Source of the DNA: Thermoproteota archaeon
Lineage (GTDB): Archaea > Korarchaeota > JAOZGF01 > JAOZFZ01
Length of the DNA stretch: 64,000 nucleotides
Reading direction: 5' to 3'
NCBI GenBank assembly: GCA_027492035.1
Contig: JAOZFT010000004.1
Location: 480,001-544,000, forward strand
Part shown: positions 60,054 to 64,000 of the stretch, one piece after another
Numbering within the stretch: the stretch's first letter is position 1
Layout: every line of letters begins with the position of its first letter
Made by a program: the position numbers and the translations under genes
The notes under the pieces: generated by a model
What the model saw: only the letters and a program-made list of their open reading frames with translations
The model's database searches: none
What the model was told of the DNA's origin: nothing

Positions 60054-60839
60054 TTGGATAAACTGAAAATTGAAGAAGTTCTTTCTAAATTAAGAAAAAG
60101 TCCGTATGTTGAAGAATTTAAGCCTGAAAACGAGTTTGTTTTAGCCTTCTTTAGAGGAAAGGGGGGGAAAGTAAGCAAGAAATGGAACGTGAAGATTTAC
60201 GTGAATAAGGAGAGTGAACCAACAAAAATAGTAACAAACGATTGGGTAACCCTTAAAAGAATAATAAGTGGCGCAATAAATGAAGAAGTAGAAAAGGAAA
60301 AAGTCATTTTCATTGATGACGCAGGTGTAGGGTTTCCAGTTGGAGGGGTGGTTTTAGGAGTTTATGAGGAGCCGTCTAAACGTTTCCTTTTCAAAAGAAT
60401 CCCTGTCAAATACTTTCAAGGAGAGTATTGGAAACAAAAAAAGTACCTAGAGTTTGCCGCTGAAAAAGTAAACGAAATGATCACTCAACTTAAGGCTTCA
60501 CCTGAAGACACCAAAATAGTGATTTGTCCAGGAAATATACATAGAAAAACAAAGCTAAAACTTCGTAAAGAAGGATTTCATGTCGAAATAGATGAAATCA
60601 AGGACCCTCTCCAGTCTCTGATTGAAGAAAAATTCCGAAGTTACCTTGTTTCAGAATTTAATGTTCCAGAAAACCTCTTTTTCGACCCCAAGCTCCAGGA
60701 TCCAAGGAAAGGATTTAGGAAAGTTATTAAATGGCTTAAAGAAAAACCTGAAAGGATGAAATTTGCAAAAACTGGTTGGAAATACTTCAACAAATTCAGT
60801 AGAGAAGGGTATGGAAAGGAAAGAAGTATTACATGGTGA
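60054..60839 (+). CDS. Hypothetical protein with RNase HII/HIII-like fold
   Basis: IFIDDAGVGFPVGGVVLG resembles the RNase HII first motif (IDEAGRG..GP.VV); extra ~80-aa N-terminal domain. Confidence 0.55.
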   Translation: MDKLKIEEVLSKLRKSPYVEEFKPENEFVLAFFRGKGGKVSKKWNVKIYVNKESEPTKIVTNDWVTLKRIISGAINEEVEKEKVIFIDDAGVGFPVGGVVLGVYEEPSKRFLFKRIPVKYFQGEYWKQKKYLEFAAEKVNEMITQLKASPEDTKIVICPGNIHRKTKLKLRKEGFHVEIDEIKDPLQSLIEEKFRSYLVSEFNVPENLFFDPKLQDPRKGFRKVIKWLKEKPERMKFAKTGWKYFNKFSREGYGKERSITW

Positions 60840-62013
60840 TTCATTGCCTAAACCTGGATTCAGTTTTTTAAAAAAATTAAGCTTAGAAAGAGGGTTAGTT
60901 ATAGTTGGAGCTGCTAACCTGTTAAACAGTTTATTTGGGGGAGTGTTCTGGCTCTACGCTGCCTCGTTAGTAAAGACCGTGAACGAATACGGTTACCTAA
61001 ACTATTTGGTTTCAATAGCTAACATTCTAAAAATTTTTATTTTGTTGGGGTTAAACACCACCGTCACAACATTGCTTGCTAAAGGAAGGGAAGAAATTGT
61101 TCAGGAATCAAACCTGGTGGTTTTAGCAGCCTTCATCCTCCTTTCCATGGTAGTCAGTTTAAACAATTGGGTCATCATCTTGCTCCTCACTGAAGCATTT
61201 CTTTTAATGAGTGTGGCAGAAATACTTGGAAGAAAAAGTTACAAAGAATATTTTTTAGTCATGGCAGGGTACAGGGCTACTCAAATAGTTTTAGGTTACC
61301 TCTTTTTTATTTATCAAGGGGCACTGGGGCTCCTTATAGGCTACTCTTCAGCCTTCATTTTCTTCAGTTACAGATTCATCTCCTCCCTAAAACAGTGCTC
61401 CCTCCACCTTAACATTTTAAAACAAAATTTCTCTTTCACCTTCTTCACTTTCCTTTCTCAACTTTCAGCCACCATAGTAACTTTCCTAGACAAAGTAATC
61501 ATCCCCTCCCTATTCCAAGATGTCTCCTTCGGATTCAAAGTGTTAGGCTTCTTCCAATTGGCAAATCAATTCTTTTGGCTGCTAAATGTCGTTCCCCTAA
61601 GCATCTTCAACTATTTACTGCCTGAAGAAGCAAGTGGGGCTAAAAAGAAAAACATCTTCACAGTAGGAGCCCTAACTTCAATCCTCCTTGCACTGGTTAA
61701 CCTATCCCTCTCCCCGATTGTAATTAAACACTTATTTCCAAACTTCACAGAAGCAATTCCTTTGACACAACTTCTTGGATTTGCAGTTGTCCCCGCCACT
61801 ATAGCTTATGTTTACAGGGCGAAGTTTTTCAGTAAGCTTTGGAGTTTAGACGTATTAATAGGAAACCTAATTTTTGTAGTGGCTGAAGTAGGAGGACTAT
61901 ATTTAGTCAGATATAGGCTTGGTTTAATGGGCCTAGGTTATATTTTACTTGGTAGTCAGGCGTTAACTGCTTTATACTACACTTTTCGTGGAATGAATAA
62001 AGGGGAAATTTAA
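60811..62013 (+). CDS. Oligosaccharide flippase (Wzx/MOP family)
   Basis: About 12 TM; EYGY..Y, LDKVII, LG.FQLA, LLP patterns; start uncertain. Confidence 0.78.
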   Translation: MERKEVLHGDSLPKPGFSFLKKLSLERGLVIVGAANLLNSLFGGVFWLYAASLVKTVNEYGYLNYLVSIANILKIFILLGLNTTVTTLLAKGREEIVQESNLVVLAAFILLSMVVSLNNWVIILLLTEAFLLMSVAEILGRKSYKEYFLVMAGYRATQIVLGYLFFIYQGALGLLIGYSSAFIFFSYRFISSLKQCSLHLNILKQNFSFTFFTFLSQLSATIVTFLDKVIIPSLFQDVSFGFKVLGFFQLANQFFWLLNVVPLSIFNYLLPEEASGAKKKNIFTVGALTSILLALVNLSLSPIVIKHLFPNFTEAIPLTQLLGFAVVPATIAYVYRAKFFSKLWSLDVLIGNLIFVVAEVGGLYLVRYRLGLMGLGYILLGSQALTALYYTFRGMNKGEI

Positions 62014-62078
62014 ATATCCCCCCCTGTTAAGTTAAAGAGAAGGGTTTAATGGAAACTTTTTAGAGGGTTGTTCCTGTC

Positions 62079-63020
62079 ATGCTTGTTTCGCCTGAAATAA
62101 CTCAACTATACTTTAAACAAGCCTATAGAATAGTGGGGAAACATAAGCATGCAGCTGTGAAAATCTGTCACTGGACTAAGGAGAGCTTAAGGTGGGATCG
62201 AGTCTGTTACAAGGAACTTTGGTATCCTCCGGTTGAGTCTCATCGCTGCATGGAGATGACACCATATGTTGGCTGTAATCATCATTGTCTTTTTTGTTGG
62301 AGAATCCATTCAGGGGATAGACCTAATTTAAGATGGAAAGAACTACCTTCAGCGGACACAAAGTTTGATAACCCTGAAACAATTGTCACCGAGTCCATTG
62401 AAGCCAGAAAGCAGTTACTGGTGGGGTTCAAAGGCAATCCTTTAACCGATAATAGGAAATATGAAAAGGCTTTGAAACCAACCATGATGACAATGAGCCT
62501 GACAGGTGAACCTACTCTCTACCCTGACCTTTCAGGACTTATTTCCGCTGCAAAGAAACACGGGATGGTAACGTTTCTGGTAACTAATGGGACCCTCCCT
62601 GAAAGACTAGAAGAAATGGATCCTCTCCCCTTCCAACTTTACGTTACCCTTCCAGCTCCAGATAAAAAAACCTATTTGAAAACAACTAAACCGCTGATTA
62701 AAAACGGTTGGGGGAAACTGAATGAAACACTGGGCCTTTTTCCAAGCCTAAACACCAGGAAAGTAATTAGGTTAACTCTCGTCAAAGGTTTGAACATGTT
62801 CGACTCTGAAAAATACGCTAAGTTAATTGAAAAAGCTGAACCCGACTTTGTTGAACCTAAAGGTTTCATGTGGGTTGGAGAAGCAAGGAACAGGTTACCT
62901 AAGGAAGCAATGCCCTCTCATGAAGAAATTAAAAAGTTTGGAAAGGAACTTTCCAATTACTTAGGGTACGAAATAGTTGATGAATTTAAACCGAGCAGAG
63001 TTGTACTTTTGAAGAAATAA
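62079..63020 (+). CDS. taw1: 4-demethylwyosine synthase (radical SAM)
   Basis: HAAVKICHWT, CYK, SHRCMEMTP, CNHHCLFCWR, SLTGEPTLYP, LVTNG, SRVVLL. Confidence 0.96.
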   Translation: MLVSPEITQLYFKQAYRIVGKHKHAAVKICHWTKESLRWDRVCYKELWYPPVESHRCMEMTPYVGCNHHCLFCWRIHSGDRPNLRWKELPSADTKFDNPETIVTESIEARKQLLVGFKGNPLTDNRKYEKALKPTMMTMSLTGEPTLYPDLSGLISAAKKHGMVTFLVTNGTLPERLEEMDPLPFQLYVTLPAPDKKTYLKTTKPLIKNGWGKLNETLGLFPSLNTRKVIRLTLVKGLNMFDSEKYAKLIEKAEPDFVEPKGFMWVGEARNRLPKEAMPSHEEIKKFGKELSNYLGYEIVDEFKPSRVVLLKK

Positions 63021-63035
63021 GGAATGGTTAAGAAT

Positions 63036-63248
63036 TTACTTCCCATGAATTATTTTTATTAAGTTCTTGAATAAAGTTTTTTGGGAAAGTGAAATAAGAA
63101 GGGAAACAACAGCTAAACAAGAGAAAAGTGCAGCTTCAAAAGCGTAAAAACTGAACCAGCCTCTCAAAGATAAATCAATGTAATACATGCTTACAGTTTC
63201 AAACATGAAGGCAAGAGTTATTCCTAAAACAGGGAAGAAATTCCTCAT
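63036..63248 (-). CDS. Small two-TM membrane protein
   Basis: 70-aa ORF with two hydrophobic segments; GGGGTG upstream. Confidence 0.5.
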   Translation of the reverse strand: MRNFFPVLGITLAFMFETVSMYYIDLSLRGWFSFYAFEAALFSCLAVVSLLISLSQKTLFKNLIKIIHGK

Positions 63249-63358
63249 CTCTTACACCCCTTACATAATTTTTAACAAAATTTTTTAAATGAAAAACATC
63301 CAAAAAACTGTATAGGAATATTAACATCCCAATTTATATTTGTTTGCTTTCTATACTT

Positions 63359-63376
63359 TTCAGAAACGTTTCTGAA
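63359..63376. promoter_or_regulatory. Perfect 18-bp palindrome TTCAGAAACGTTTCTGAA
   Basis: Read directly in the intergenic region upstream of the 63036-63248 gene. Confidence 0.4.
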
Positions 63377-63612
63377 TGTTCATAAATGGTTTCGAAAAGG
63401 TAAAAACCCTCAATAGGGCTCGGTTCAGCAACCCATACAAGAAAACATCATGTTGACACAACCTATTTTCATGTAACTTCAGAGGTTCATAACTTCTGTA
63501 ATTCTTCAGGCTGCGTAAGAAAAAGGTGTAAACTAGAGTTTAGGGTTATAAAATGAAAAGGATTTTTCCTATCACTTACTTTGCTTATATCCCCTATCTT
63601 CAATATTTTTCT

Positions 63613-64000
63613 TTAATTAATGATTGTCCTTAAGAATTTAGATGTTTGCTGTGGAATTAACGGATTCGGAATTTCAAGTATGAACCCTTTCACTTCCTTA
63701 TATTTTCCGGAGGACAATATAAAACTCATTAGTTCTTGACTTAAAGTTTCTGGTGATTCAATTCTTGATTTTGAAAGGTCTATCTGTACATAGAAAGGTT
63801 TCTTTAATGGTTTTAAAAGTTTTAGGTCCTTTTCAATCAAGCCATAAATAAACTCCACTTGTAAAGCAGTATGCCTAACTACGTAATCGCTGTTTTCAAC
63901 TATTCTTTTCAAATTCCCAGAAGTTTTTCTTGTTTGTTGGAGGAGTGGGCCAATTATTCCTACACCGAATCTTAACCCCTTCCTTTTCACGATGTTTGAA
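63613..64000 (-). CDS. Hypothetical protein, 3' part (frame open to the right window edge)
   Basis: No in-frame stop between 63990 and 64000. Confidence 0.55.
   Translation of the reverse strand, partial: SNIVKRKGLRFGVGIIGPLLQQTRKTSGNLKRIVENSDYVVRHTALQVEFIYGLIEKDLKLLKPLKKPFYVQIDLSKSRIESPETLSQELMSFILSSGKYKEVKGFILEIPNPLIPQQTSKFLRTIIN

Noticed and set aside
63420-63510. Possible minus-strand C/D sRNA (AUGAUGU...CUGA)
   Set aside because: Only one box pair, atypical spacing, no recognisable rRNA or tRNA complementarity

Overview
AT-rich, gene-dense archaeal chromosomal segment. The markers gatDE, short-form XPF, Taw1, Cdc48, AK6, archaeal POR/IOR/AOR and F420 reductase fit an anaerobic, probably thermophilic TACK- or Asgard-like lineage, but the taxon cannot be fixed from sequence alone. 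About 60 CDS are mostly housekeeping: translation and RNA modification, peptide-fermentation ferredoxin oxidoreductases, a Mo/W-cofactor plus AOR cluster, lipid/isoprenoid and glycan synthesis, DNA repair and proteases. I saw no tRNA, rRNA, CRISPR array or transposase. Signals the ORF track does not explain: (1) a clear C/D-box guide sRNA at 22049-22111 whose two guides appear to target the two strands of 16S rRNA helix 34; (2) a ~112-nt multi-helix structured RNA candidate at 53391-53502 that I cannot assign to a family; (3) a stand-alone wHTH-CARF gene in reversed Csa3 order, isolated by long AT-rich spacers; (4) a membrane-protein/wHTH pair behind a palindromic operator, divergent from the por operon; (5) protein-turnover oddities (SAMP with masked GG, Cdc48 without HbYX, degenerate PAC2-like protein); (6) a CBS-HPF ribosome-hibernation factor candidate and a divergent RNase HII/HIII-like protein. 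All family calls are by-eye motif recognition, not database searches.
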